Source of the DNA: a virus
Reading direction: 5' to 3' (one strand)
IMG/VR virus record: IMGVR_UViG_3300045136_000892
Length of the DNA stretch: 64,000 nucleotides
The translations under genes and the position numbers were made by a program. Positions 42,210 through 51,713 of the stretch are shown here, in pieces (the first letter of the stretch is position 1; each line of letters starts with the position of its first letter). The notes beneath the pieces were generated by a model, which was not told the DNA's origin, searched no databases, and saw only the letters and a list, made by a program, of their open reading frames with translations.

Positions 42210-42254
42210 GTGCAGCGGCTGCACTTGCGCAAGCAGAAAGTGCATGGAATGCAC
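42210..42254. promoter_or_regulatory. Two GTGCA-N5-TGCAC palindromic operators
   Basis: GTGCAGCGGCTGCAC at 42210-42224 and GTGCATGGAATGCAC at 42240-42254. Confidence 0.6.
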
Positions 42255-42294
42255 AACAAAATAAAATAATCACGATGACCCAATAGCTTGTAGC

Positions 42295-43854
42295 ATGGCC
42301 TTCGGCACGGATGAACTGAAGCAGAGCCTCATCCGGCGCCTGGAGATCATCGACAAGCTCGACCGGGACCCCGAACTGCAGGCCATCGCCATGGCGCGGG
42401 CGGCCAAGGACCCGGTGTGGTGGTTCAACACCTTCGCCTGGACCTACGACCCGCGCGGCGCGGCCAAGGGCCTGCCCGCTTACCTGCCCTTCGACCTGTT
42501 CCCCCGCCAGGAGGAGCTGATCCGCTGGCTGGATGACCGCGTGGCCGCCTCCCAGGAGGGCTTGGTCGAGAAATCCCGCGACGTGGGCTGGACCTGGGTG
42601 GCGGCGGGCTACGCCCTGCACAAGTGGCTCTTCGCACCCGGCTTCAAGACGACGTTCGGCAGCCGCAAGGAGGTCTACGTCGACCGCATCGGCGACCCGG
42701 ACAGCATCTTCGGCAAGATCCGCCTGATGCTGGACCGCCTGCCGCACTGGATGCTGCCGGCGGGCCTGAACCGGGCCGAGCACGACAACTTTATGCGCCT
42801 GATCAACCCGGCCAACGGGAACGCCATCACCGGCGAGGCGGGCGACAACATGGGCCGCGGCGGGCGCTCGACGCTCTACGTCGTGGACGAGGGCGCGTTC
42901 ATCGAGCACGCCGAGAAGGTCGACGCCGCCATCGTGGCGAACGCAAACACAAGGATCTGGGCGTCTTCGGTCAACGGCACCGGCAACGTCTTCTTCCGCA
43001 AGCGGCACTCCGGCCACATCCCGGTCTTCCGTTTCCACTGGTCCGACGACCCCCGCAAGGACGCGGCCTGGGCCGAGGCCAAGCAGCGGGAGCTCTCCTC
43101 GACTCCGGCCACCTGGGCGGCCGAGTACGACATCGACTACGCGGCCTCGGTCGAGGGCATCTGCATCCCGGCAAAGTGGGTGGAATCCTCCTTGAAGCTG
43201 GCCAGGGCGCTCAAACGGCAGCCGCAAGGGCCGGGTACGGCGGGGCTCGACGTCGGCGCCGGTAGGGCCAAGTCCGTGCTGGTCCCCAAGTTCGGGCCGG
43301 TCGTGGTCATGCCGACTTTCTGGCAGACCGTGGACAACATCCACGTCACCCACGACGCCCTGGACGTGGCCCGGAGCCTCGGCGTCCGGCAGGTCAACTA
43401 TGACTCCGCCGGCGTCGGCAACACGGTCACCAGCACGCTGGTGCATGCGAACACCGAAGGCGTCACCGTCAGCCCGATCAACGTGGGCGTGCCGCCGACC
43501 GAGACCCTGATGCCCGACGGCCGCATGGCCTCAGAGTGGTTCGGCAACCTCAAGGCCCAGCTCTGGTGGGCGATGCGCGACGCCTTCAAGGCCACGCACG
43601 AGCACGTCCGCTACCTGGAGGGCTACGAGGACGGCGTGCCGCACTCGGAGGACGAATGGATCCTGCTGCCCGACTGTAACGAGCTGATCGGCCAGGTCTC
43701 GCTCCCGAAGTGGTTCAGGAACGAGGGGGGCAAGATCGTCATCGAGACCAAGAAACAACTCGCGATGCGGGGCGTGCCCTCGCCGGACTACGCCGAGGCC
43801 CTCGTGCTCAACTATGCCCAGGGAGGTTCCGGCTTCCACTTCGCGTCGATTTAG
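42295..43854 (+). CDS. terL: Terminase large subunit
   Basis: EKSRDVGWTW Walker A, GRGGR, VDEGA, GLDVG and SPDYAEAL. Confidence 0.92.
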   Translation: MAFGTDELKQSLIRRLEIIDKLDRDPELQAIAMARAAKDPVWWFNTFAWTYDPRGAAKGLPAYLPFDLFPRQEELIRWLDDRVAASQEGLVEKSRDVGWTWVAAGYALHKWLFAPGFKTTFGSRKEVYVDRIGDPDSIFGKIRLMLDRLPHWMLPAGLNRAEHDNFMRLINPANGNAITGEAGDNMGRGGRSTLYVVDEGAFIEHAEKVDAAIVANANTRIWASSVNGTGNVFFRKRHSGHIPVFRFHWSDDPRKDAAWAEAKQRELSSTPATWAAEYDIDYAASVEGICIPAKWVESSLKLARALKRQPQGPGTAGLDVGAGRAKSVLVPKFGPVVVMPTFWQTVDNIHVTHDALDVARSLGVRQVNYDSAGVGNTVTSTLVHANTEGVTVSPINVGVPPTETLMPDGRMASEWFGNLKAQLWWAMRDAFKATHEHVRYLEGYEDGVPHSEDEWILLPDCNELIGQVSLPKWFRNEGGKIVIETKKQLAMRGVPSPDYAEALVLNYAQGGSGFHFASI

Positions 43855-43869
43855 GAAAGACCGGACCGG

Positions 43870-45192
43870 ATGGGATTGTTCACGAGCTTCAAGCAGCGAC
43901 TGGGCCGCAGGCGGAATGAGCCGCAGCGCGACACCGAGGTCTACCCCCGGCTGATGCAGATCATGTCGGGGCAGCGGGTCGCGCACAACACGCCCGTCTT
44001 CAAGCCGACGCCCTGGAATCTCCGGGCGTTCTCGACGACGCCCTACGCCCGCCGGGCGATCAACACGATCAAGAACCCCATCGCCCAGCTCGAATGGGAG
44101 GTGGTGCCCAAGAAGGGCGTCACGGACAACTCCGAGATCCGCCGCCAGTGCCAACTGGTGACCACCTGCCTCCGCAGCCCGAACAACGAGGACAGCTGGC
44201 GGTCGCTGGTCGAGAAGGTCATCACCGACCTCATGCTCGGGGCCGGGGCCATCGAGATGCAGCTCGGCGGCGACGCGAGCCGCCCGCTCTGGCTCTACCC
44301 GGTGGATGCCCTCTCCGTGCAGATCTACGCGGGCTGGACCGGCGACCGGCGCGAGGCGAAATACTGCCAGGTGCCGGGCTACGGGATGCTGACCGCGGGT
44401 AACGGCATCGACCTGCTGGCGGACGAGCTGATCTACATCGCGCCGAACCCGTCGACGGCCCACCCCTTCGGGTGCGGGCCGCTGGAGATTGCCTTCACGA
44501 CCGTCTCCCGCCTGCTGGGCGTGGGCGAGTACGCGGGCAACGTGGCGACGAACGCCCGGCCCACGACCCTGCTCAACCTTGGCAAGGCCACACCCGAGCA
44601 ACTTGCGACCTTCCGGACCTACTGGACCAACGAGATCGAAGGCCAGGGCAAGATGCCCATCCTGAGCGGCGACGGCATCGAGCCCGTCAAGCTCACCGCC
44701 GACGGCGACGAGGCCCTATACCTGAAGTGGCAGGAGTTCCTGAAGACCGAGATCGCCACCGCATTCGACATCTCGCCGCAGAACCTCGGCGTCGAGCGGG
44801 ACGTGAACCGCAACACCGCCGAGGTGGCCGAGTCCCGCGACTGGGACCACGCGATCAAGCCGTGGGCCGGTCTGCTGGCCAGCCATATCAACCGGGACGC
44901 CATCGAGGGGCGGCTCGGGTTCAGCCAGGTCGAGTTCCGCTTTCTGGGCCTCGACCGCGAGGACGAGAAGCGCGAGGCGGAGATCCACCAGATTTACATC
45001 AAGAACAACGTCTACACCCCCAACGAGGTGCGCAACCGGCTGGGCGAGCCGCCCGCGGAGCACAAATGGGGCGATATGACCTTCGCCGACATCCAGATCG
45101 CCACCGCCGCCGCGGCGAAGGAGCGGAAACAAGACGGCCCCGCCGAGGACGGCGCGGGCGACGAACCGAAACCGAGCAAGAAAGGAACCTGA
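43870..45192 (+). CDS. Portal protein
   Basis: Follows terL; LYPVDA, FGCGPLE, IATAFDISP and TPNEVR..LG. Confidence 0.9.
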   Translation: MGLFTSFKQRLGRRRNEPQRDTEVYPRLMQIMSGQRVAHNTPVFKPTPWNLRAFSTTPYARRAINTIKNPIAQLEWEVVPKKGVTDNSEIRRQCQLVTTCLRSPNNEDSWRSLVEKVITDLMLGAGAIEMQLGGDASRPLWLYPVDALSVQIYAGWTGDRREAKYCQVPGYGMLTAGNGIDLLADELIYIAPNPSTAHPFGCGPLEIAFTTVSRLLGVGEYAGNVATNARPTTLLNLGKATPEQLATFRTYWTNEIEGQGKMPILSGDGIEPVKLTADGDEALYLKWQEFLKTEIATAFDISPQNLGVERDVNRNTAEVAESRDWDHAIKPWAGLLASHINRDAIEGRLGFSQVEFRFLGLDREDEKREAEIHQIYIKNNVYTPNEVRNRLGEPPAEHKWGDMTFADIQIATAAAAKERKQDGPAEDGAGDEPKPSKKGT

Positions 45193-45195
45193 TCC

Positions 45196-45966
45196 ATGTT
45201 CGCACTCCACACCATCGGCCTCCTGTCCGGCAGCAAGCAGCCCGCATTCGGCGATCGCCTGCTGATGGGCGTCGCAAACAACGTTGCCTTCCCGGCCTCC
45301 GCCAACGCGGTCACCGTGCTCGGCTCGATCACCGCCGGCACCGGCTTCACCAACATCAGCACCGTCACCCTGGCGCCCAGCGGCGGCACGGGCAGCGGCC
45401 TGAAGGCCGTGCCCACCTCCCTGAAGGCGGTCTCGGCTACCGTCGTCAACGGCGGCACCAGCGGCTACGCGGTGAACGACACCATCACACTGACCAACGG
45501 CGTCGTGCTGACCGTCGCAAGCGTGAGCAGCGGCGTGGTCGCCACCGTGACCGTCACCACGGCGGGTGCCTTCACAGGCCAGGTGGTCACCAACCCGGTC
45601 GCGCAGGCCTCGACCAGCGGCTCGGGCGTCGGCACCCCGACCTTCAACCTGTCCTACGGCCTCGGCACCGCGGCCATCGTCGACAGCGGCAACTACACCG
45701 TCGCCCCCTCGATGACGGTCACGGACAGCGCCGGCGGCACTGGCGCCTCCATCGGCACCTGCACCCTGGGCGGAAACGGCAACGCGATCTTCAAGTTCGT
45801 GCCCTTCCAGGCCGCCCCTCCTTACAACGTGCTGGTCGAACCCGGCCTCGACTGCCGCCACTACGTCCCCTCCTCGCTGAAGACCAGCACGGGGTTCACC
45901 GTCGCCCTGGTGCCGCCGAGCACCACGCTGGCCGCCGGCACGTTCGACGCAACGCTAATCGCTTAA
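45196..45966 (+). CDS. Beta-rich virion protein (head fibre/decoration-like)
   Basis: G/T/S/V-rich; shares a domain with the tail sheath. Confidence 0.6.
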   Translation: MFALHTIGLLSGSKQPAFGDRLLMGVANNVAFPASANAVTVLGSITAGTGFTNISTVTLAPSGGTGSGLKAVPTSLKAVSATVVNGGTSGYAVNDTITLTNGVVLTVASVSSGVVATVTVTTAGAFTGQVVTNPVAQASTSGSGVGTPTFNLSYGLGTAAIVDSGNYTVAPSMTVTDSAGGTGASIGTCTLGGNGNAIFKFVPFQAAPPYNVLVEPGLDCRHYVPSSLKTSTGFTVALVPPSTTLAAGTFDATLIA

Positions 45967-45984
45967 CGGAAAGGAGTTCCGACC

Positions 45985-46485
45985 ATGTCGAAGAAAAGCA
46001 CCCAGAAGCCCACCGAAACCAAGGCCGAGAAGTCCCAGGCGGTAGAGGGCACGGTCGAGACCACCGCCCAGGAAGCACCCGCTCTGGAACAGGTGGAGGC
46101 CTCCAATGAGCAACCGGGGGACAACGCGGTGAATGAACCCGCCGAACAGAATCCGGAAGACGCGAAGGCTGAGGAATCGGACGACGAAACCGCAGCCGCG
46201 CCTGCGCTCGCTACCGAGCCCGCAGCTGCGAAGGCATCCGATGAGGCGGAATCGACCCCGCTCCCGTCGGCCCCCGTCATCCCCCCGGCGCCCACCGACC
46301 TCGCCAACCGCCTCACTCTTGCCGTCCGTGCCATCGTCGCCACCGGCGCTCCCGAGGCGGTGCACGCCCTGCACAAGGCCGAGCTGATCCTGGGCGACCT
46401 CAGGAACGCCCTCCCGGCGGCCATCGCCTCGGCCGGTGACGAGCAGCTCAAGGCCGACCTGACGAGCCTGCTCGCGGTCCTGTAG
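45985..46485 (+). CDS. Acidic, partly disordered hypothetical protein
   Basis: AAGGAG RBS. Confidence 0.65.
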   Translation: MSKKSTQKPTETKAEKSQAVEGTVETTAQEAPALEQVEASNEQPGDNAVNEPAEQNPEDAKAEESDDETAAAPALATEPAAAKASDEAESTPLPSAPVIPPAPTDLANRLTLAVRAIVATGAPEAVHALHKAELILGDLRNALPAAIASAGDEQLKADLTSLLAVL

Positions 46486-46490
46486 GTCCC

Positions 46491-48005
46491 ATGTCCGAGC
46501 AGGGACTGTACGTCCGCCGTAACCTGACCCCCGATTCGGCGGCCGCTTTCGCCGCCTGGGCGAAGTCGCAGGGCTTCACAAACCTCGTTCCCGAGCACGA
46601 GCTCCACGCGACCATCGTCTACAGCCGGGCCCCGGTCTGGTTCCGCCCCCAGGGCGGAAACATGGCCGCGAGCACCGGCGGGCGATTCGTCACGCCGCTC
46701 GGGGCCAAGGGCGCCATCGTCTTGCACTTCGTCTGCCCCGAACTGGAGGCCCGCTGGAAGGAAGCCCGCCAGATGGGTGCGTCGTGGGATCACGGCGACA
46801 GCTACTCCCCCCACGTCACCATCACCTACGACGCCGGAGACGTGGACCTTTCGAAGGTTGTCCCCTTCGATGGCGACCTGGTGTTCGGCCCCGAGATCCA
46901 CGAGCCGCTTAACGAGCACTGGGCCGAGGAGAAGGGCTTCGTGAAGCTGGAGGCCGCATCCCTCGAAGTCGTGGACCGCATCGAGGCGATGGCACTCATC
47001 CTGCCCCACACGCCCGGCCACCCGAACAAGCATCCCTTCAAGGGCATCCTGACCCGCATCGACCAGCCGAGCGACCGGCCGCCCGAGGGCAGCAAGAACC
47101 GCCGCGTCATCCTGACGCGGGCGGCTGCCGAACGCGCGTTGCCCACGCTCCTGGGGATGCCCGTGGACCTCGCCTCCGACCTGGCGGGCCACGACGTCAA
47201 GCGCAAGATCGGGACCATCACGGCGGCCACCATCGAGGGGGACGCCATCCACATCGAAGGATTCCTATACGCGGCCGACTTTCCCGATGAAGTCGCCCGC
47301 GTGCGGTCCGAACGTAGCCTGCTCGGCTTCTCCTACGAGATGCGGAACATCTACGTGAAGGACACCACCGCGGCTTCGTGGGAGATCACGGACTGCGTCT
47401 TCACCGGGGCTGCGATCCTCTACAAGGACAAGGCCGCATACTCAACCACATCACTGGCCGCGCAGGCCGAGGAGAACACCATGGACATCAATGAACTGAA
47501 GGAACTGCTCAAGGCCCAGGCCGAATCCCAGGAAAAGGCGATGAAGGACGCCCTGGATGCGGGCTTCGCCACCGTGAACAAGCGCATCGACGCCATCGAG
47601 GCCGCCGCGGCGGAGGAGAAGCAGAAGGCCGAGGAGGCTCGCGCCGCTGCCGCCGCCGAGAAGAAAGCCGCGGACGAGAAGGCCGCTGCCGACATTAAGG
47701 CCGCCGCCGAGAAGGAGGCCAGCGACAAGAAGGTGAAGGAGCTGGAGGACAAGCTCGCGGCCCAGGAGACGCAGATCGCCGACCTGAAGGCCGCGGCGGC
47801 GAAGAACGCCCAGCCCGCCGAGCGCAAGACGCTGACGCCCCATGTGACCGCCCTGCTGGCGCGCAGCGGCCTCACCCTGCCTGGCGAGAACGCCAAGCTC
47901 TCCCTCGGCGAAGTCGACAAGGCGTTCGCCTCCGCCAACCTGGAGCCGGTCCAGCGCATCGAGCTGAAGAACGCCCTCTCCAAGGCCGGCCTGCTCGCCG
48001 TCTAA
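46491..48005 (+). CDS. Acb1-like 2H phosphodiesterase / prohead protease / scaffold fusion
   Basis: HATIVYS and PHVTITY HxT motifs; AGHD and GFSYE protease motifs; coiled-coil scaffold with an internal GAGGAG-ATG at 47481. Confidence 0.8.
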   Translation: MSEQGLYVRRNLTPDSAAAFAAWAKSQGFTNLVPEHELHATIVYSRAPVWFRPQGGNMAASTGGRFVTPLGAKGAIVLHFVCPELEARWKEARQMGASWDHGDSYSPHVTITYDAGDVDLSKVVPFDGDLVFGPEIHEPLNEHWAEEKGFVKLEAASLEVVDRIEAMALILPHTPGHPNKHPFKGILTRIDQPSDRPPEGSKNRRVILTRAAAERALPTLLGMPVDLASDLAGHDVKRKIGTITAATIEGDAIHIEGFLYAADFPDEVARVRSERSLLGFSYEMRNIYVKDTTAASWEITDCVFTGAAILYKDKAAYSTTSLAAQAEENTMDINELKELLKAQAESQEKAMKDALDAGFATVNKRIDAIEAAAAEEKQKAEEARAAAAAEKKAADEKAAADIKAAAEKEASDKKVKELEDKLAAQETQIADLKAAAAKNAQPAERKTLTPHVTALLARSGLTLPGENAKLSLGEVDKAFASANLEPVQRIELKNALSKAGLLAV

Positions 48006-48036
48006 CGCAACCCATCACATCAGGAGTACCACACCC

Positions 48037-49044
48037 ATGACCATCAAACCCGAACACGGCGCGCAGTTCGTCGATTCCATGCAGGCCGCCGCCGACTTCC
48101 TCGGCAACGGCGCCATCGAAGTCAACATGTACGAGACCGAGATCTTCGACCTCGTACGCCGCTCCTCTCCGATCATGGAGCGCATCAAGGCCGAGCCCGC
48201 CAATGGCCACCCGCACCGCTTCTTCGAGCAGTCGGCGATCGCCCAGGGCGCGTTCACCGATCCCCGTAGCATCAGCTACTCTGCCGGCGGCCCGACCCGC
48301 ACCGAGAAGGTGATCTACATCAAGGGCATGGTGAACGGGTCCAACTTCGGCCTGTTCGACGTGCAGGTGACCCAGCAGCAGGGCCAGTTCAGCTACGTCG
48401 AGGCCAAGGACGTCAACGACATCATCAACGGCATCCAGGTCGTCCGCTGCCAGAAGATCTGGCAGGGCGCCGACACGTCCTACGCCTCGCCCACCAGCAT
48501 CGAGTACTACGGCCTGCTGAACCAGATCACCCGCCAGGCGACCATCGCCCCCGGCGCGTCGATCATCGACGGCATCAAGGCCGAGGTGGCCGCGATGGTG
48601 GCGAACACCAGCTACGTCGTCCGCCCGACCGCCGTCTACGTGAACCCCATAGTCGGTGACCTCATCGACCGCGAGGCGAAGGCGGCGAGCATCAAGCTGA
48701 GCGAGGTGGTCGTGGCCGGCGTGACGGTGAACGCGATCCAGACCCAGGCGGGCCTGCTTCCGATCATCTCGAACGACCCGTTCCTGCCCAGCGCCACGGG
48801 CTCGGCCTACGGGTTCTCGGCTCCCCCGGCCGGGTACAAGAACTACTTCTGCGCCATCCTGAGCGAGTCGCTTGTCACCCGCCCGTACATCGACGGCGGC
48901 AAGCACAACGGCGGCATCCCGCAGTTGTACCAGCTCGGCCTGGTCGGCGACCTCCAGAAGAAGTTCGTCGCCGTGCTGTTCGACGCGGTTCTCGCGAAGG
49001 GCAGTTCCTATGCCCACTCGATCGTGGCCGTGCAGCGTCCGTAA
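48037..49044 (+). CDS. Major capsid protein
   Basis: 335 aa, follows the scaffold; AGGAG RBS; strongly biased codons. Confidence 0.8.
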   Translation: MTIKPEHGAQFVDSMQAAADFLGNGAIEVNMYETEIFDLVRRSSPIMERIKAEPANGHPHRFFEQSAIAQGAFTDPRSISYSAGGPTRTEKVIYIKGMVNGSNFGLFDVQVTQQQGQFSYVEAKDVNDIINGIQVVRCQKIWQGADTSYASPTSIEYYGLLNQITRQATIAPGASIIDGIKAEVAAMVANTSYVVRPTAVYVNPIVGDLIDREAKAASIKLSEVVVAGVTVNAIQTQAGLLPIISNDPFLPSATGSAYGFSAPPAGYKNYFCAILSESLVTRPYIDGGKHNGGIPQLYQLGLVGDLQKKFVAVLFDAVLAKGSSYAHSIVAVQRP

Positions 49045-49127
49045 CGGTTGCGCGAACGGCCCGAGAGGGCTATAGCTGAAGGATAGGCCGCGCCATACCG
49101 GCGCGGCCGCCTTTCAGGGAGGAACCC

Positions 49128-49367
49128 ATGTTCGTTTATCTGCCGCACAAGAAGTCCACGCACACGATGCACATCAGCCCCGCCGCCGACCCGCGGATCA
49201 AGGGCGAGGTGCCTGCTGACTGGGTGGACGACAAGAACAACCCCCGCACCTTCCAGATCGAATTCCGCCACGGCAAGGCCGAGGTGGACGACCAGATCGG
49301 AAAATACCTGGTCGACAACGGCCTCGCACGCAAGACCAAGCTCATCATGCCGGAGGACGACGAGTAA
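49128..49367 (+). CDS. Small virion-associated protein
   Basis: GGAGG RBS; position in the head module. Confidence 0.6.
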   Translation: MFVYLPHKKSTHTMHISPAADPRIKGEVPADWVDDKNNPRTFQIEFRHGKAEVDDQIGKYLVDNGLARKTKLIMPEDDE

Positions 49368-49412
49368 GCCATGACTCGTGCAGGTTCCCTCCGGCCTGGC
49401 GTCTGACGCCCG

Positions 49413-50321
49413 ATGGCCTTCGTTCCATACCTGGCCTCGGATGAATACGCGGCGTACGGGGTGCCCGACGCAACCCTGCAGCAGGTCGAATCGGCCTGCC
49501 GGGTCGTCAACACACACCTCGCCCGCCCCGAGGGGCTGATGTGGTCGCCGGACGCCACTGGCGCGCCGGCCTACATGACCAACCTCGCCCCGAGCCGGAC
49601 GCTGAACATCCCGGCGCCGATCGCACCGGGCCAGAACGTCGTGATCCCGATGCCCGGCCAGGCCATCGGGCAGCAGCATGTCGGCGAGGTCGTCATCCTC
49701 GACCGGGCGGATCCGGCCAAGGCCGAGGCCTGCGTCATCACGGCAGCCAGCGGCTCGGCGTTGACGCTCGAATCCGTTCGGTTTTCCCATTCCGCCCAGG
49801 CCCCCATGGACTTCGGGCTGACGATCTACCAGGAGCTGCCCGTCCCGCCCCGCCGCTCCACCGTCCGCCTGTCGCGCACGCCGGTGGTGCGGATCCTCTC
49901 CGGCTTCGGCCGCTATGCCGTCGGCAGGAGGTCCCAGCAGTTCGAAGGCCTCGACATCAACACCAACCTCCTCGCGATCACCGCGGCATTCGGCGGCCCC
50001 CCTGCGTGGACCCCGTTCCCCGCCGACCAGGCCGACGTCAACGTCCAGACCGGCGAGGTGTGGATACCGCCAGGGCTCCTGCTGGCTCATTTCTCCGACG
50101 TGCGGCTCCGCTACGTCGCGGGGTGGCCCAGGCAGAACATCCCGAGCGAGATCAAGCAGGCCGTCGCGGGCATCGTCCGCGCCGCCATCGACTCGCCGTT
50201 CGGCGGAAACATCAAGGTCATGAAGGCCGGGGACGCGACGCTGGAGCGGTTCAGCGCCAGCTCGCTCGACGCCGACACGAGGGCTCTGCTCGAGCCCTAC
50301 AAGGCCCTGCTGATGGCCTGA
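49413..50321 (+). CDS. Head-tail adaptor protein
   Basis: YVAGW...IPSEIKQAV...LLEPYK C-terminus. Confidence 0.7.
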   Translation: MAFVPYLASDEYAAYGVPDATLQQVESACRVVNTHLARPEGLMWSPDATGAPAYMTNLAPSRTLNIPAPIAPGQNVVIPMPGQAIGQQHVGEVVILDRADPAKAEACVITAASGSALTLESVRFSHSAQAPMDFGLTIYQELPVPPRRSTVRLSRTPVVRILSGFGRYAVGRRSQQFEGLDINTNLLAITAAFGGPPAWTPFPADQADVNVQTGEVWIPPGLLLAHFSDVRLRYVAGWPRQNIPSEIKQAVAGIVRAAIDSPFGGNIKVMKAGDATLERFSASSLDADTRALLEPYKALLMA

Positions 50322-50325
50322 GCCG

Positions 50326-50667
50326 ATGAGCTTCCTGTACCCCCGGACCATCTCCATCCGCCGCCCGAACCAGGACCCGACGCTGGGCGCACAGCCCTAC
50401 AGCGGCCTGCGGGCCGACAGCGAGACGGAGATCGCCAGCGGCATCGCGGCCCATATCCAGATCGACAGGCAGAACCCGACCAGCCCATCGAGGCTGCCGT
50501 CGGATGCTGTCTCTCTCCCGGTCTACAAGATCATCGTCAAGGTCGCTCGCGGCCTCGTGAAGCGGGGCGATGTCATCACCGACGATATCGGCAACCGCTA
50601 CCAGGTCATCTCGCCCGACTGGGGCCCGATGGTCACGACCTGCCGCGCCCAGTTGCTGGAGACCTGA
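50326..50667 (+). CDS. Head closure protein
   Basis: Size, position and GDVITDD.GNRYQV. Confidence 0.65.
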   Translation: MSFLYPRTISIRRPNQDPTLGAQPYSGLRADSETEIASGIAAHIQIDRQNPTSPSRLPSDAVSLPVYKIIVKVARGLVKRGDVITDDIGNRYQVISPDWGPMVTTCRAQLLET

Positions 50668-50671
50668 CCGC

Positions 50672-51499
50672 ATGCCCGACCTGAGCGAAGTCGAGAACGT
50701 GCTTGTCTCGCTGCTGACGCAGATCGTCTACCCGAACGGCACCGCGGCGGATTCGGCAACCGGCGACAGGGTCAAGGTCTTCCGGGGCTGGCCCATCCAG
50801 GGCAATCTGGACGCCGACCTGAAGGCCGGCATCGTCAACCTCTCCGTCTTCCCGAAGGATTCGGAGAAGAACGCCACCCGGGCCACCGGGCGAGAGTGGG
50901 AGGAAGTGCCCTCGCCGCCCGTCACACTGACCATGACGGTCTCGGGCAACGCCATCACCGTCGGCGGCACGCCCTGCTGCCCGTTGAACGTCGCCGTCCT
51001 CGTGGACGGCAAGCCCTTCGTGTATCCGCTCCAGGCCACCGACACACCCACGTCCATCGCCACGGCCCTTGCGTCGCTGATCAACACCTCGACCCTGGCC
51101 ACCAGCAACGGGCCGGTCGTGACTGTGCCGGGGGCTACCCGCCTCGTGGCGCGCGTCGGGGCGGTCGGGAGCATCGTGAAGGAGGTGAAGCGCCAGGAGA
51201 AGGGATTCTGCATCACCGCCTGGTGCAGCAGCCCGGAGGTGCGCGACGCGATCGCGGGCGTGCTCGATTCGGCCCTCGCCGACCTCACGTTCATCTCGCT
51301 GAGCGACGGGACCTCGGGGAGGATCCGCTACGAGCGCACGCACACCATCGATTCGCAACAGAAGTTCGGTCTTTACCGAAGGGATTTCCACTACGCGGTG
51401 GAGTACGCCACGACCGTCGTGCGCAAGGCCGCCGAGATGGTGGCCGACATCGTCAACGCGACCGGCGATACCGGCGCGTTATCAACCACTAATGAATGA
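50672..51499 (+). CDS. Neck/tail terminator protein
   Basis: Precedes the sheath; FRGWP and YRRD..Y.VEY. Confidence 0.6.
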   Translation: MPDLSEVENVLVSLLTQIVYPNGTAADSATGDRVKVFRGWPIQGNLDADLKAGIVNLSVFPKDSEKNATRATGREWEEVPSPPVTLTMTVSGNAITVGGTPCCPLNVAVLVDGKPFVYPLQATDTPTSIATALASLINTSTLATSNGPVVTVPGATRLVARVGAVGSIVKEVKRQEKGFCITAWCSSPEVRDAIAGVLDSALADLTFISLSDGTSGRIRYERTHTIDSQQKFGLYRRDFHYAVEYATTVVRKAAEMVADIVNATGDTGALSTTNE

Positions 51500-51689
51500 G
51501 GCAAGCATGAAGGCCCTGGTAGTCAAGGAACCGTTCGGGGGGTACGAGCGCGGTAATACCATCACCGACCCGCGGCGGATCGAGGAGATCCTGGCGGGCG
51601 AGCACGCCCGGCACGTCTCCCCGACCGAGCTGGAGGAGCCGCCCGCCGAGGCCTCCCCGGCCGAGCCGGCGAAGAAGAAGAGCAAGTAA
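51492..51689 (+). CDS. Small pre-sheath protein
   Basis: LVVKEPFGGY.RG..I; position. Confidence 0.6.
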   Translation: MNEASMKALVVKEPFGGYERGNTITDPRRIEEILAGEHARHVSPTELEEPPAEASPAEPAKKKSK

Positions 51690-51713
51690 CCCGCAGAAAA
51701 ATAGGAGCCGCCC

